Shown: in pieces, positions 33,752 through 43,842 of the stretch | Layout of the letters: each line of letters opens with the position of its first letter | How positions within the stretch are numbered: the first letter of the stretch is position 1 | NCBI GenBank assembly: GCA_963805945.1 | Contig: CAWDVP010000002.1 | Location: 384,001-448,000, forward strand | Direction: 5' to 3' | Length of the DNA: 64,000 nt | From: Vulcanimicrobiota bacterium | GTDB lineage: Bacteria; Vulcanimicrobiota; Vulcanimicrobiia; Eremiobacterales; Eremiobacteraceae | Notes under the pieces: model-generated | The model's database searches: none | Seen by the model: only the letters and a program-made list of their open reading frames with translations | What the model was told of the DNA's origin: nothing | Translations under genes and position numbers: made by a program

Positions 33752-34729
33752 ATGTCGCACAATAGCGCCGAACTGGTAGGAGCGAGCTCGGCTTCCGCCG
33801 CACGAATCGCAAGAGCGCGGATCTCGCCCGCCGGCGATCGCGTCTTCATGTTCCTCCTGCACTCATCTGCGTGGCTGGTGCTGGCAGTCGTTCTCGCCCT
33901 GTTCCTGGTGCTGCTGCAGCGCTCGTGGCCCGCCATCCAGCACATAGGGTTGGGTGCGTTCACCTCGCTGTGGGACCCGAACGGCGGGCACTTCGGCGTC
34001 ATGACCTTCGTTTTCGGCACGATCGTCACGTCGATCATCGCTCTTCTCGTCGCCGGCCCTATCGGCATCGGCGCAGCGCTCTTCCTCGCCGAACTGGCGC
34101 CCCGACGACTCGCAACGCCGGTCGCCATGCTCATCGAGCTGTTGGCCGCCGTGCCTAGCGTCGTGTATGGCCTGTGGGGCCTCTTCGTGCTTGGGCCCGC
34201 TATCCGCATCGTCATCGGACCGGCGCTGCAGAAGGTCTTCGGCTTCTTGCCGCTGTTCCAAGGACCGATCTACGGCTTCGGCATGCTGGCGGGCGGGCTC
34301 ATCCTCGCGATCATGGTGGTGCCGACGGTGGCCGCGATCTCGCGCGACGTGTTCGAGGCCGTGCCGAACGATCAACGGGAAGGCATGCTCGCGCTCGGCG
34401 CGACGAAGTGGGAGATGCTGACCAGGGCCGTGCTTCCGTACGCGAGCTCAGGCGTGATCGGCGCGCTGGTGCTCGGCGTCGGCCGCGCGCTCGGCGAAGC
34501 GATGGCGGTGGTCATGGTGATCGGCAACAAACCGCAGATCGCGGCGTCCTTATTCGCGCCCGGCTACACCATGGCGAGTGTGCTCGCGAATGAGTTCACG
34601 GAGGCGACAGGCAAGGTGTACATAGCCATGCTCATCGAGATCGGACTGCTGCTCTTCGTCATAAGCTTGATCGTCAATGTCTTCGCGCGCATCCTGGTGT
34701 GGAACGCGAGCGGCCGGGGTCGCAGGTGA
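33752..34729 (+). CDS. pstC: Phosphate ABC permease PstC
   Basis: ELLAAVPSVVYGLWG, EGMLALGAT, GRALGEAMAV. Confidence 0.95.
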   Translation: MSHNSAELVGASSASAARIARARISPAGDRVFMFLLHSSAWLVLAVVLALFLVLLQRSWPAIQHIGLGAFTSLWDPNGGHFGVMTFVFGTIVTSIIALLVAGPIGIGAALFLAELAPRRLATPVAMLIELLAAVPSVVYGLWGLFVLGPAIRIVIGPALQKVFGFLPLFQGPIYGFGMLAGGLILAIMVVPTVAAISRDVFEAVPNDQREGMLALGATKWEMLTRAVLPYASSGVIGALVLGVGRALGEAMAVVMVIGNKPQIAASLFAPGYTMASVLANEFTEATGKVYIAMLIEIGLLLFVISLIVNVFARILVWNASGRGRR

Positions 34730-35577
34730 AGGTCTTCGATCTGAAGTCGTTCCGCAAGGCCTGGAGCAACTTCATGGTCGCGGTGAGCGCGCTGTGTGCA
34801 GGTGTGTGCGGCGCGGTGTTGGTGATCGTCGTCGTCTTCGTCATCGGCAAGGGCTACAAGGCCCTCAACTGGAGCTTCTTCACCAAGCTGCCGCTGCCGG
34901 TCGGCATAACGGGCGGCGGCGTCGTCAACGCGATCGTCGGTTCTGGAGAGATTATCGCCATGGCGTCGCTTCTGGCGGTGCCGATCGGCGTCATGGCAGG
35001 CATCTACCTAGCGCTCTTTGGGCGCGGTACGTTGGCCGCGTCGGTGCGCTTCTACAGCGACGTGCTCACCGGCATGCCTTCGATCGCGATCGGCGTGTTC
35101 GCCTACGCGCTCGTCGTCATCCCGACGGGCCACTTTTCAGCGCATTCTGCCGCGGTGGCCCTTGCCGTGATCATGCTGCCCATCGTCGTGCGCACGACGG
35201 AAGAATCCGTCCGCCTCGTCCCAACCGTGATCCGTGAGGGCGCGTTGGCGCTGGGCATCCCCGCATGGAAGGCGACGCTGCTCGTGACGGTGCCGGTCGC
35301 GCGGCCGGGCATCGTGACCGGCGTCTTGCTCGCGGTCGCGCGTGTCGCCGGCGAATCCGCGCCGCTGTTGTTCACCGCGTTCGGCAGCCAGTTCTGGCCT
35401 CACGGGCTTGCATCGCCGACCGCGGCGTTGCCGCTCATCATCTTCCAATATGCGATCTCACCCTATGCCGACTGGCAGCAGATCGCATGGGGCTGTGCTC
35501 TCGTGCTCGTCGTGCTGGTGTTCACGCTTAACCTCGCTGCGCGCTTGGCCTTCTCCGGCCGCGTTTCCGCGAACTAG
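34726..35577 (+). CDS. pstA: Phosphate ABC permease PstA
   Basis: [27 protein letters not shown]. Confidence 0.95.
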   Translation: MKVFDLKSFRKAWSNFMVAVSALCAGVCGAVLVIVVVFVIGKGYKALNWSFFTKLPLPVGITGGGVVNAIVGSGEIIAMASLLAVPIGVMAGIYLALFGRGTLAASVRFYSDVLTGMPSIAIGVFAYALVVIPTGHFSAHSAAVALAVIMLPIVVRTTEESVRLVPTVIREGALALGIPAWKATLLVTVPVARPGIVTGVLLAVARVAGESAPLLFTAFGSQFWPHGLASPTAALPLIIFQYAISPYADWQQIAWGCALVLVVLVFTLNLAARLAFSGRVSAN

Positions 35578-35596
35578 GGGAGAGAAGAAGTTGATC

Positions 35597-36404
35597 ATGG
35601 TGACCGAGCCAGCGGCGACGAAGACGGGTGCGACCAAGCTTGAGGTGAGGAATCTGAGCGCTTACTACGGCAAGCACCAGGCCGTCAAGGACATCAACAT
35701 GCGTTTCGAGTCCGGCTTGATCACCGCGCTGATCGGCCCCTCGGGTTGCGGCAAATCGACCCTGCTCCGCTGTCTGAATCGCATGCACGAGGTCATCCCC
35801 AACGCGCGCGTCGAGGGCGAAGTGCTGCTCGACGGGGACGACCTCTACGCATCGGGTGTTGATCCGACCGATACCCGCCGGCGTGTCGGCATGGTATTCC
35901 AGCGGCCGAATCCCTTTCCGACGATGTCGATCTTCGACAACGTCCTCGCCGGGGTCCGCTTGGCCGGCAAACCGCCAGGAAGCGCGACGCTCGGCGAGAT
36001 CGCCGAGAAGAGTCTGAGGCGCGCGGCGCTGTGGGAAGAGGTCAAGGACAAGCTCCATAAGGCCGGCACCTCGCTCTCCGGCGGCCAGCAGCAGCGGCTG
36101 TGCATCGCGCGCGCGCTCGCGGTCGATCCCGAAGTGCTGCTCATGGACGAGCCGGCGTCGGCGCTCGATCCGATCTCCACCATCAAGATCGAAGAGCTGA
36201 TGCGCGAGCTGCAAGGGCGCGTACACGATCATCATCGTGACGCACAACATGCAGCAGGCGGCGCGCGTCTCCGACTACACCGGCTTCATTCTCGCGGGCG
36301 AATCGGCGACCGGCGAACTGGTCGAGTTCGACGTCACCTCGAAGATGTTCACCACGCCGAAAGACAAGCGGACCGAGGACTACATCACCGGCCGTTTCGG
36401 CTAA
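35597..36404 (+). CDS. pstB: Phosphate ABC ATPase PstB (frameshift near 36215)
   Basis: [35 protein letters not shown]; then [10 protein letters not shown] and [10 protein letters not shown] in the shifted frame. Confidence 0.95.
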
Positions 36405-36437
36405 AGGTCGGTCCACCGCGGGGTCGAATCTCCCCGC

Positions 36438-37256
36438 GTGTCCCCTCTTTCGGAGCGTTCTCTCGTCGCGCTCGCGCGCGTATGCGCCGCGTTCGTCGTC
36501 GTCTTCCCCGGGCTCGTCATCCTCACGCTCGCCATCGGCACGGCGGTCGCGGTCGCGCGCGGCCTCGCCTCGATCGGCTTCGCGCACGGCCTCGTCATCG
36601 GCGCGACGACGCTCGGACTCGCGGTCGTCGCGGCGACCGCCGGTTCGGCTGCGGGCGTGGCGAGCGCCTTGTTCACCGTCGAGATCGCGCCGGCGCGGCT
36701 GCGGCAGACCGTCAAAGCGCTTGTCGGCGCGCTCCACGCCGTGCCCGCGGTCGGCTTCGGGATCGCCGCTGCGGGCGCGCTGCTGCTTCCCGCCGCCACG
36801 CCTTCGCCGCTCGCGACCATCGCGCTCGCGGCGCTCGTCCTCACGATCATGATCGCGTCCGTCGTCTTCGCCCAGACGCGCGGCGAGCTGGCGCGCGTGC
36901 CCGCCGCGATGCGCGAGTCGGCGCATGCGGCCGGCGCCGACGGGATGGCGATCGCGCTGCGCGCGATCTTGCCGGGCATGCGGGCATCGCTCGCCGGCAT
37001 CTGGTGGTCGGCCTTCGCGCTCGCGCTCGGCGAGGCGACCGCGCTCTCGATGATCTTCAGCGCCGCAAGCAGCAGAGTCGCGTCGAAGGCGGCGTGGGCG
37101 ATCGACGGCACGCTGGCGAGCATCCTGCTCAACTCGGGCGCGAACGGTTTTGGCGCGCAGACGTTGGGGTTGGCGCCGGTCGCGCTGTGCCTCGCCCTTG
37201 TCGTGCTCGCGGCGGTCTTCTTCGGACGCCGCGCGATGGGCACGCAATGGCGATAG
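36438..37256 (+). CDS. Divergent PstC-like permease
   Basis: [22 protein letters not shown] loop [15 protein letters not shown] in place of RALGEA. Confidence 0.8.
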   Translation: MSPLSERSLVALARVCAAFVVVFPGLVILTLAIGTAVAVARGLASIGFAHGLVIGATTLGLAVVAATAGSAAGVASALFTVEIAPARLRQTVKALVGALHAVPAVGFGIAAAGALLLPAATPSPLATIALAALVLTIMIASVVFAQTRGELARVPAAMRESAHAAGADGMAIALRAILPGMRASLAGIWWSAFALALGEATALSMIFSAASSRVASKAAWAIDGTLASILLNSGANGFGAQTLGLAPVALCLALVVLAAVFFGRRAMGTQWR

Positions 37257-38086
37257 ACGCGACGCGTCCGCAGCCGGCGGTCGAACGATTCGGTTCTCCG
37301 GCGCGCGCCTTGTTGTTCCTGTCCACCGCCGCGCTGTGCGCCTCCGGCATCGGGCTGATCGGCTGGCTGATCGCCGCCGCATTGCCCAGCGCGCTGCCGC
37401 AGCTTCATCCGGCCGATGGTGTCGGCGTCATCGGTCCGCTCGGCGCGACCATCTACGTCGTCACCTTCGCCCTTCCGTTGACGGTGCTGGTCGGCGGGCT
37501 GGCGGGTGCGAGCATCGCTGAAGGGCGTCTGTTCGGCTCGCGGAAGCCCGCGTTTCGCGCCGCGTTCGACTTCATCGGCAGCCTGCCGACCATCGTGGTC
37601 GCCTTCGCGGTGCTCGTCGCCGCCATCATGCTGGGTCTGCGGCCTTCGCTCAATCTCGGCGCGTGCGCGGTCGCGCTCGCCAACCTGCCGCTCATGGCGA
37701 CGCTCACCGCCGGAATCCTCGCCGATGCGTCGCGCGACTCGAGTGAGGCGGCGACCGCGCTCGGCGCTTCGCCGTCGTTCATCATCTGGAGAGTGGCGTT
37801 CGTCCGAGGCAGCCGCCGGCTCTGGGCCGCCGTCGTCAGCATCGCGACCCAGATGACCGGCGCGGCGGCGGCCGTCATCCTGCTCGCGAGCGCCCATACG
37901 TCGACCCTCGGGACCACGCCGCTCGGCTCGTGGCCGCTCGCGGTGCAGATATGGACGCGCTCCACCGACGCCGCGGCATACGGCGCGACCGCCGCGAGCA
38001 CGATCGTGCTGATCCTCTGCGTCTGGCTGCTCCAAGAGCCGCTGCGCTCAGGGGTCGCCTCGGGCGCGGCAGAGGCGAACAAGTGA
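37247..38086 (+). CDS. Divergent PstA-like permease
   Basis: SLPTIVV, EAA loop [25 protein letters not shown] in place of ARVAGESA. Confidence 0.75.
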   Translation: MAIDATRPQPAVERFGSPARALLFLSTAALCASGIGLIGWLIAAALPSALPQLHPADGVGVIGPLGATIYVVTFALPLTVLVGGLAGASIAEGRLFGSRKPAFRAAFDFIGSLPTIVVAFAVLVAAIMLGLRPSLNLGACAVALANLPLMATLTAGILADASRDSSEAATALGASPSFIIWRVAFVRGSRRLWAAVVSIATQMTGAAAAVILLASAHTSTLGTTPLGSWPLAVQIWTRSTDAAAYGATAASTIVLILCVWLLQEPLRSGVASGAAEANK

Positions 38087-38859
38087 GTCAGGAACGCACG
38101 CCGCTCGAGACCAAGATCGAATTGCTGGGCGTCAGCGTGTGGTACGGGCAGCTGCAGGCGCTGCGCGACGTCAGTTTCGACGTGCCGTCCAAGACGACGA
38201 TCGCGCTGATCGGGCCAGGCGGTGCGGGCAAGACGACGCTGTTGCGTGCGCTCAACCGGATGCACGACCTGGACCATGACGTGCGGGTCGCCGGCAGCAT
38301 CAAGATCGACGGCGCGGAGATCCTGGGAGCCGGCGTGGATATCGGCCGGCTGCGGCGCAACGTCGGCATGCTCTTCGCGGCGCCCACCATGCTGCCGTCG
38401 AGCATCGCCGACAACGTGACCTTCGGCCTGGCGGCCCAGGGCGTGCGCGATACGCGCGTGCTCGACGAGGCGTGCGAACGCGCGTTGCGGCGCGTCGCGC
38501 TCTGGGAGACGCTGCGCGGGCAGACCGCGGCGCCGGCGGTCTCGCTGCCGCTCGACGTGCGGCAGCGCATCTGCCTGGCGCGGACGCTCGCCCTCGATCC
38601 GGACGTGCTGCTGCTCGACAACCCGACCGCCCTGCTCGACTCGAACGCGGCGCTCGCGGTCGAGGACATCATCGCCCGCTTGCGCCGGGATCATACGGTC
38701 ATCATCGCCACCAACGACCTCCAGCAAGCCGCCCGGCTGGCGGACGTCACGACGTACATGGCACACGGCGAGATCGTCGAAATGGGCGATACGACGCTCG
38801 TCTTCAGCAAACCGACGGACGCGCGGACCGAGGCGTTCTTGTCGGGTAGGGCTTCATGA
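38083..38859 (+). CDS. PstB-like ABC ATPase with degenerate catalytic motifs
   Basis: PstB hallmarks ([26 protein letters not shown]) and Walker A GPGGAGKT present; Q-loop, signature, Walker B Glu and H-loop altered. Confidence 0.88.
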   Translation: MSQERTPLETKIELLGVSVWYGQLQALRDVSFDVPSKTTIALIGPGGAGKTTLLRALNRMHDLDHDVRVAGSIKIDGAEILGAGVDIGRLRRNVGMLFAAPTMLPSSIADNVTFGLAAQGVRDTRVLDEACERALRRVALWETLRGQTAAPAVSLPLDVRQRICLARTLALDPDVLLLDNPTALLDSNAALAVEDIIARLRRDHTVIIATNDLQQAARLADVTTYMAHGEIVEMGDTTLVFSKPTDARTEAFLSGRAS

Positions 38860-38869
38860 GGATACGACC

Positions 38870-40279
38870 GTGAGAACTGATACGCGACCTGCTTCGGCGC
38901 TCGGGCCGCTGCGCGACGACGGGATGTTCTACTACGACTCCGCGCTCGAGGTCGTCGGCGCGACGCCGCTCGTGCGCTTGCAGCGCGTGATGGGCGACGC
39001 GTACTGCACCGTGCTCGCGAAGATCGAGTTCGTCAATCCCGGCGGCTCGGTGAAGGACCGGCCTGCGCTCGCCATGGTCGCGGATGCCGAGCAGCGCGGC
39101 CTGCTCAAACCCGGCGGCACGATCGTCGAGCCCACGTCAGGCAACACGGGCGTCGGACTCGCCATGGTCGCCGCCATCAAACGCTATCGCTGCATCCTCG
39201 TCATGCCCGACAAGGTGAGCGAGGAGAAGATCCGCCTCCTGCGCGCCTATGGCGCGGAAGTCGTCATCACGCCGACCAAGGTGCCGGCGAGCAGCCCGGA
39301 GTCGTTCTACGGCGTCGCCGCGAAACTCGCGAGCGAAATCCCCGGCGCCTTCATGCCTAACCAGTTCGCGAACGCGATCAACCCGAAGTCTCACGAGCTG
39401 ACCACCGGCCCTGAGATCTGGGAGGCCACCGCCGGCAAGATCACCCATTACGTGAGTGGCATCGGCACCGGCGGGACCATCTCCGGCGTCGCCCATTATC
39501 TAAAGAAGAAGAACGCCGCCATCATGGTGGTCGGGGCCGACCCCGAGGGCTCGATCTACTCAGGCGACACCGCCAAGTCGTACAAGGTCGAGGGCATCGG
39601 CGAGGACTTCTTGCCGGCCACCGTCGACCTCAAGGCGATCGACCGCATCGAGCGCGTGTCGGACAAAGAATCGTTCCTCATGGCGCGGCGGGCGTGCCGC
39701 GAGGAAGGCCTGCTCGTCGGCGGTTCGTCGGGCACGGCGCTCGTCGCGGCGTCGCGGCTCGCACGCGAGCTGCCGGCTAGCGCGATCGTCGTCGTGCTCC
39801 TGCCGGACAACGGCCGCGGCTATCTGTCGAAGATCTTCAACGACGAGTGGATGACGGCCAACGGCTTTCTCGGTGAGCAGGGCCGCGGCGCCACAGTGGG
39901 CGATGTCCTGCGCGCACGCGGCAAAGGCGAACCGCCGCCGCTCATCACGCTGGCGCCGGAAGATCCGGTCAAGCGCGGCATCGAGCTCATGCGCGAATTC
40001 CAGATCTCCCAGATCCCGGTGGTCGATCGCGGCGAGATGGTCGGCAGCATCAACGAGGTCGCCGTGATGCAGTTGATCTACGATCGCGCCGACGTCGCGC
40101 ATCAGGCGGTCAAAGACGTCATGGGCCGGCCGTTCCCCATCCTCGAAGAGCTCGACGAAGTCGAAAAGGCGTACAAGGAGCTGTCGCTCGGCCATGCCGC
40201 CGTCGTCGTCGCCCGCAAGGGCGTGCCGATCGGCGTCTTGACGAAGATGGACATCATCGCGCATCTCTCGGGAAGTTAG
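38870..40279 (+). CDS. cbs: Cystathionine beta-synthase with C-terminal CBS pair (alternative start 38924)
   Basis: NPGGSVKDR, EPTSGNTG, GTGGT, VEGIGEDF, GRGYLSKIFNDEWM, CBS domains. Confidence 0.92.
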   Translation: MRTDTRPASALGPLRDDGMFYYDSALEVVGATPLVRLQRVMGDAYCTVLAKIEFVNPGGSVKDRPALAMVADAEQRGLLKPGGTIVEPTSGNTGVGLAMVAAIKRYRCILVMPDKVSEEKIRLLRAYGAEVVITPTKVPASSPESFYGVAAKLASEIPGAFMPNQFANAINPKSHELTTGPEIWEATAGKITHYVSGIGTGGTISGVAHYLKKKNAAIMVVGADPEGSIYSGDTAKSYKVEGIGEDFLPATVDLKAIDRIERVSDKESFLMARRACREEGLLVGGSSGTALVAASRLARELPASAIVVVLLPDNGRGYLSKIFNDEWMTANGFLGEQGRGATVGDVLRARGKGEPPPLITLAPEDPVKRGIELMREFQISQIPVVDRGEMVGSINEVAVMQLIYDRADVAHQAVKDVMGRPFPILEELDEVEKAYKELSLGHAAVVVARKGVPIGVLTKMDIIAHLSGS

Positions 40280-40286
40280 GACACGC

Positions 40287-41423
40287 ATGCACTTCGCCAC
40301 CAGGGCCATCCACGTCGGCCAGGAGGCCGACCCGACCACCGGCGCGACCATCGTACCGATCTACCAGACCACCACGTATACGCAAGCCGCCCCCGGACAG
40401 CACAAGGGCTTCGACTATTCGCGCACCATCAATCCGACGCGCCTGGCGCTCGAACGCTGTCTCGCATCGCTCGAGAACGCGCGCCACGGCCTGTGCTTCG
40501 CCAGCGGCATGGCGGCGACGTCGGCCGTCGCGAACCTGCTCTCGCCGGGCGACCACGTCGTCGTCAACGACGATCTGTACGGCGGCACGTTCCGCCTCTT
40601 CGACAAGGTGAACGCGCGCTTCGGGCTCGAGTTCAGCTATGTCGATGCGACCGACGCGGGCAGAGTCGCGAGCGCGATGCGACCGAACACGAAGATGGTC
40701 TGGCTGGAGACGCCGACCAATCCGCTGCTGCGCCTGGCGGACATCGGCGCGATCGCGCAGCTCGCCCATGCGCGCGGCGCGAAGGTCGCGGTCGACAACA
40801 CGTTCGCGACGCCGTTCCTGCAGAACCCGCTCGATCTCGGCGCCGATATCGTGGTCCACTCGACGACCAAATACATCGGCGGCCACTCGGACGCGCTCGG
40901 CGGTTTCGCCGCGGTCAACGCGCCGGAGCTGTACGAGCCGCTCAAGTTCTATCAGAACGCTGCCGGCGCCGTGCCGGGGCCGTTCGATTGCTTCCTCACC
41001 ATGCGCGGCGCGAAGACGCTGGCGCTACGCATGCGCGAGCACGATCGCAACGCGCGCGCGGTCGCGGATTTCCTCGCCGGGCATGCCGGCGTCGAGCGCG
41101 TCTACTACCCCGGACTGTCCTCGCATCCGCAGCACGACTTGGCCAAGAAGCAGATGCGTGGTTACGGCGGCATGGTCTCGTTCACGCTCAAGGGACCGGT
41201 CGACCGCGCGCGGACGTTCGCCGCGGCGACGAAGCTGTTCTCACTGGCGGAAAGCCTGGGCGGCGTGGAGTCGCTCATCTGCCATCCGGCGACGATGACC
41301 CACGGCTCGATCCCCAAAGACGTGCGCGAGGCGCGCGGCGTCACGGATGGTTTGCTGCGGCTGTCCGTGGGCATCGAGGACGAGGACGACTTGATCGCCG
41401 ACCTCGAGCAGGCCCTCAAGTAG
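40287..41423 (+). CDS. Cystathionine gamma-lyase/synthase
   Basis: YSRTINPTR, ETPTNP, HSTTKYIGGHSD, AESLGGVESL, RLSVGIE. Confidence 0.92.
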   Translation: MHFATRAIHVGQEADPTTGATIVPIYQTTTYTQAAPGQHKGFDYSRTINPTRLALERCLASLENARHGLCFASGMAATSAVANLLSPGDHVVVNDDLYGGTFRLFDKVNARFGLEFSYVDATDAGRVASAMRPNTKMVWLETPTNPLLRLADIGAIAQLAHARGAKVAVDNTFATPFLQNPLDLGADIVVHSTTKYIGGHSDALGGFAAVNAPELYEPLKFYQNAAGAVPGPFDCFLTMRGAKTLALRMREHDRNARAVADFLAGHAGVERVYYPGLSSHPQHDLAKKQMRGYGGMVSFTLKGPVDRARTFAAATKLFSLAESLGGVESLICHPATMTHGSIPKDVREARGVTDGLLRLSVGIEDEDDLIADLEQALK

Positions 41424-41451
41424 AGGACGTCGTGCCCGAGCGAAGCTCGGG

Positions 41452-42276
41452 TCAACCGCCGAGCAGTCTGCTCACCTCTGCGGCGTGGCGCGCCACCTCC
41501 GTCGCGATCTCGGTGAGCCGCTCGCGGTCCACGTGGCGCGAGAAGCCGGCCACCCAAATGACTGCGACGAGCTGACGGCCGGGGCCGAAGATCGGCGCCG
41601 CCGCTGCCCGCATGCCGTCCACGTACTCGTCGATGTCGGTGGCGGCGCCGTCGACCGCCGCCTTCTCGATCGCTTCTTTATACAGCGTGGTATCGCGCAC
41701 GGTGTTGGCGGTGAACGCCGGCAGCCGCACATCGGTGAAGAACACCGCGCGCCGCCGCTCGTCCCAAGCCGAGACGACCGCTTTCCCCACGGCCCCCGCC
41801 AGCAAGGGGATCGCCGAACCTATAGGGGCTGAGATCGACATGGTCGGCCGTCCATGGACGAGGTCGAGGATGGTCACATGGTCCTCGGCAGGGACGCCGA
41901 GAAAGCTGGTCTGCTCGGTGACCGCGGCGAGGTGCTCCAAGGCGGGCCTCGCCAGCTCGCGCAGATCGCGCTGGCCCGCCGATCTGGAGGCGAGGGCATA
42001 CAGGCCCGCGCCGAGGCGATAGCGCTTCGTGCCGTTGCCGGCTTCGACGATGCCGAGCGACTCGAGCGTCGTCACCAGACCGTGCACCGTGCTCTTGCCC
42101 AGGCCTAGCGTGCGCGCGAGTTGGGAGACGCCGAGGGGTTCGGATGATTCGCTCAGCGCCCCGAGCAGCCGGAATGCCTTGTCCACTGCGGGGACGACTG
42201 CTGCAGGGCGCTCCTGCTCGGCTGCCTCGTCCTCGCCGTTCTCGGGGCTAGGCTTCCCGTTCGGTGGCGTGAACAT
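41452..42276 (-). CDS. IclR-family transcriptional regulator (start uncertain)
   Basis: AVDKAFRLL, LGLGKSTVHGLVTTL HTH, GAVGKA, EYVDGMRAAAAPI. Confidence 0.9.
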   Translation of the reverse strand: MFTPPNGKPSPENGEDEAAEQERPAAVVPAVDKAFRLLGALSESSEPLGVSQLARTLGLGKSTVHGLVTTLESLGIVEAGNGTKRYRLGAGLYALASRSAGQRDLRELARPALEHLAAVTEQTSFLGVPAEDHVTILDLVHGRPTMSISAPIGSAIPLLAGAVGKAVVSAWDERRRAVFFTDVRLPAFTANTVRDTTLYKEAIEKAAVDGAATDIDEYVDGMRAAAAPIFGPGRQLVAVIWVAGFSRHVDRERLTEIATEVARHAAEVSRLLGG

Positions 42277-42390
42277 CTTGTAGGGGGTTGGCGGCCGGGG
42301 GACTGGCGGCCTGCGCATCAGAAGCCCGAGCCACCTCAGGACAATTCGCAACGGCCGACCGTAGGGTCGGCCTTATGATGGGGACCACAA

Positions 42391-43842
42391 GTGCAATTCG
42401 AGAGCGAGGCCCAGCGCGCGCTCGACACCGCGACGGCCAAAGGCGCAGATTACTGCGACGTCCGCTTCGGCGTCAACCGCGACGAACACGTCGAGGTGCG
42501 TAACGGCGTCGTCGCCGGTCTCTCCGACGGATCGAGCAGCGGCTTCTCGGTGCGCGCGTTCGTCAACGGCGCGTGGGGCTTCAGCTCGAGCGCATCGCTC
42601 GAGCCGGCGGAGATCGACCGCGTTGCCGCGCAGGCCGTCGCCATCGCGCGCGCCAGCGGCGCGGTGCAGACGCACCGCATCGAACTGCGGCCTGCCGGCA
42701 AGTGCGTCGACACGTACAAGACGCCGCTCGAGATCGATCCGGCGGGCATCTCGACGAGCGAGCGCGTGGCGTATCTGCTCGCGGTCGAAAAAGAGATCCG
42801 CGCGGCGAAGGGCGTCACCGTGGGGCGTGCCTGGATCGACGTGTGGCACACCAAGAAATGCTTCGCGAGCACCGAGGGCAGCCGCATCGAGCAAGACCTC
42901 GTCCAGTGCGGCACCGCGCTCTCGGCGTTGGCGGTCGGCGACGGCGACGTGCAGGATCGCCAGTATCCGGGCACCGCGGGGCTCTATCAGACCGGCGGCT
43001 ACGAGATCGTCAATTCCGCCAATCTGCTCGACAACGCGCGGCGCGCCGGCGAAGAAGCGGTCGCGCTGCTCACCGCGGACCAAAGCCCGAGCGGCACGAT
43101 GGACATCGTCCTCTCCGGCGATCAGACGTCGCTGCAGATCCACGAGTCCATCGGCCACGCGCTCGAGCTGGATCGCGTGCTCGGCTGGGAGGCGAACTTC
43201 TCCGGCCTGTCGTTCGCGACGCTGGACAAACTCGGCTCGTTCCGCTACGGCAGCGACATCGTCAACGTCGTGTGCGACATGACCTGTCCGAAGGCGCTTG
43301 CGACCGAGGGCTACGACGACGAGGGCACGCCCGCCACGAGCGTCGATCTCATCCGCAACGGCATCTTGGTCGGCTACATGGCCGGGCGCGACACCGCGTC
43401 CGCGGCGAAGGTGGACCTCGCAGGCTGCGTGCGCGCCGAGTATTGGGGACGGCTGCCGATGATCCGCATCGGCAACGTGAACCTCAAGCCGGGCACGGCC
43501 TCGCTCGACGAGTTGATCGGCGACGTCAAGCAGGGCATCTATATGGAAGCGAACCGCTCGTGGTCCATCGACGACAAGCGCCTCAACTTCCAGTTCGGCT
43601 GCCAGCTAGGCTACGAGATAAAGGACGGCAAGAAAGGCCGGCTGCTCAAGAATCCCACGTATGCCGGCATGACGCCCGAGTTCTGGAAGTCGTGCGACGC
43701 GATCGGCGACGCCTCGACCTGGGTGGCTTGGGGCACGCCCAACTGCGGCAAGGGCGAGCCGATCCAGACCGCGCGCTCGTGTCAAGGCGCGTCGCCCACG
43801 CGCTTCCGCAACGTCAGCGTCGGAGTCGGCTATGGGGGCTGA
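42391..43842 (+). CDS. tldD: TldD metalloprotease
   Basis: IHESIGHALELDR, YDDEG, NCGKGEP. Confidence 0.92.
   Translation: MQFESEAQRALDTATAKGADYCDVRFGVNRDEHVEVRNGVVAGLSDGSSSGFSVRAFVNGAWGFSSSASLEPAEIDRVAAQAVAIARASGAVQTHRIELRPAGKCVDTYKTPLEIDPAGISTSERVAYLLAVEKEIRAAKGVTVGRAWIDVWHTKKCFASTEGSRIEQDLVQCGTALSALAVGDGDVQDRQYPGTAGLYQTGGYEIVNSANLLDNARRAGEEAVALLTADQSPSGTMDIVLSGDQTSLQIHESIGHALELDRVLGWEANFSGLSFATLDKLGSFRYGSDIVNVVCDMTCPKALATEGYDDEGTPATSVDLIRNGILVGYMAGRDTASAAKVDLAGCVRAEYWGRLPMIRIGNVNLKPGTASLDELIGDVKQGIYMEANRSWSIDDKRLNFQFGCQLGYEIKDGKKGRLLKNPTYAGMTPEFWKSCDAIGDASTWVAWGTPNCGKGEPIQTARSCQGASPTRFRNVSVGVGYGG

Noticed and set aside
35342..38086. 914-aa ORF suggesting a PstB-permease fusion
   Set aside because: Artifact of the pstB frameshift; the middle part is off-frame Arg-rich text overlapping the real PstC-like gene.
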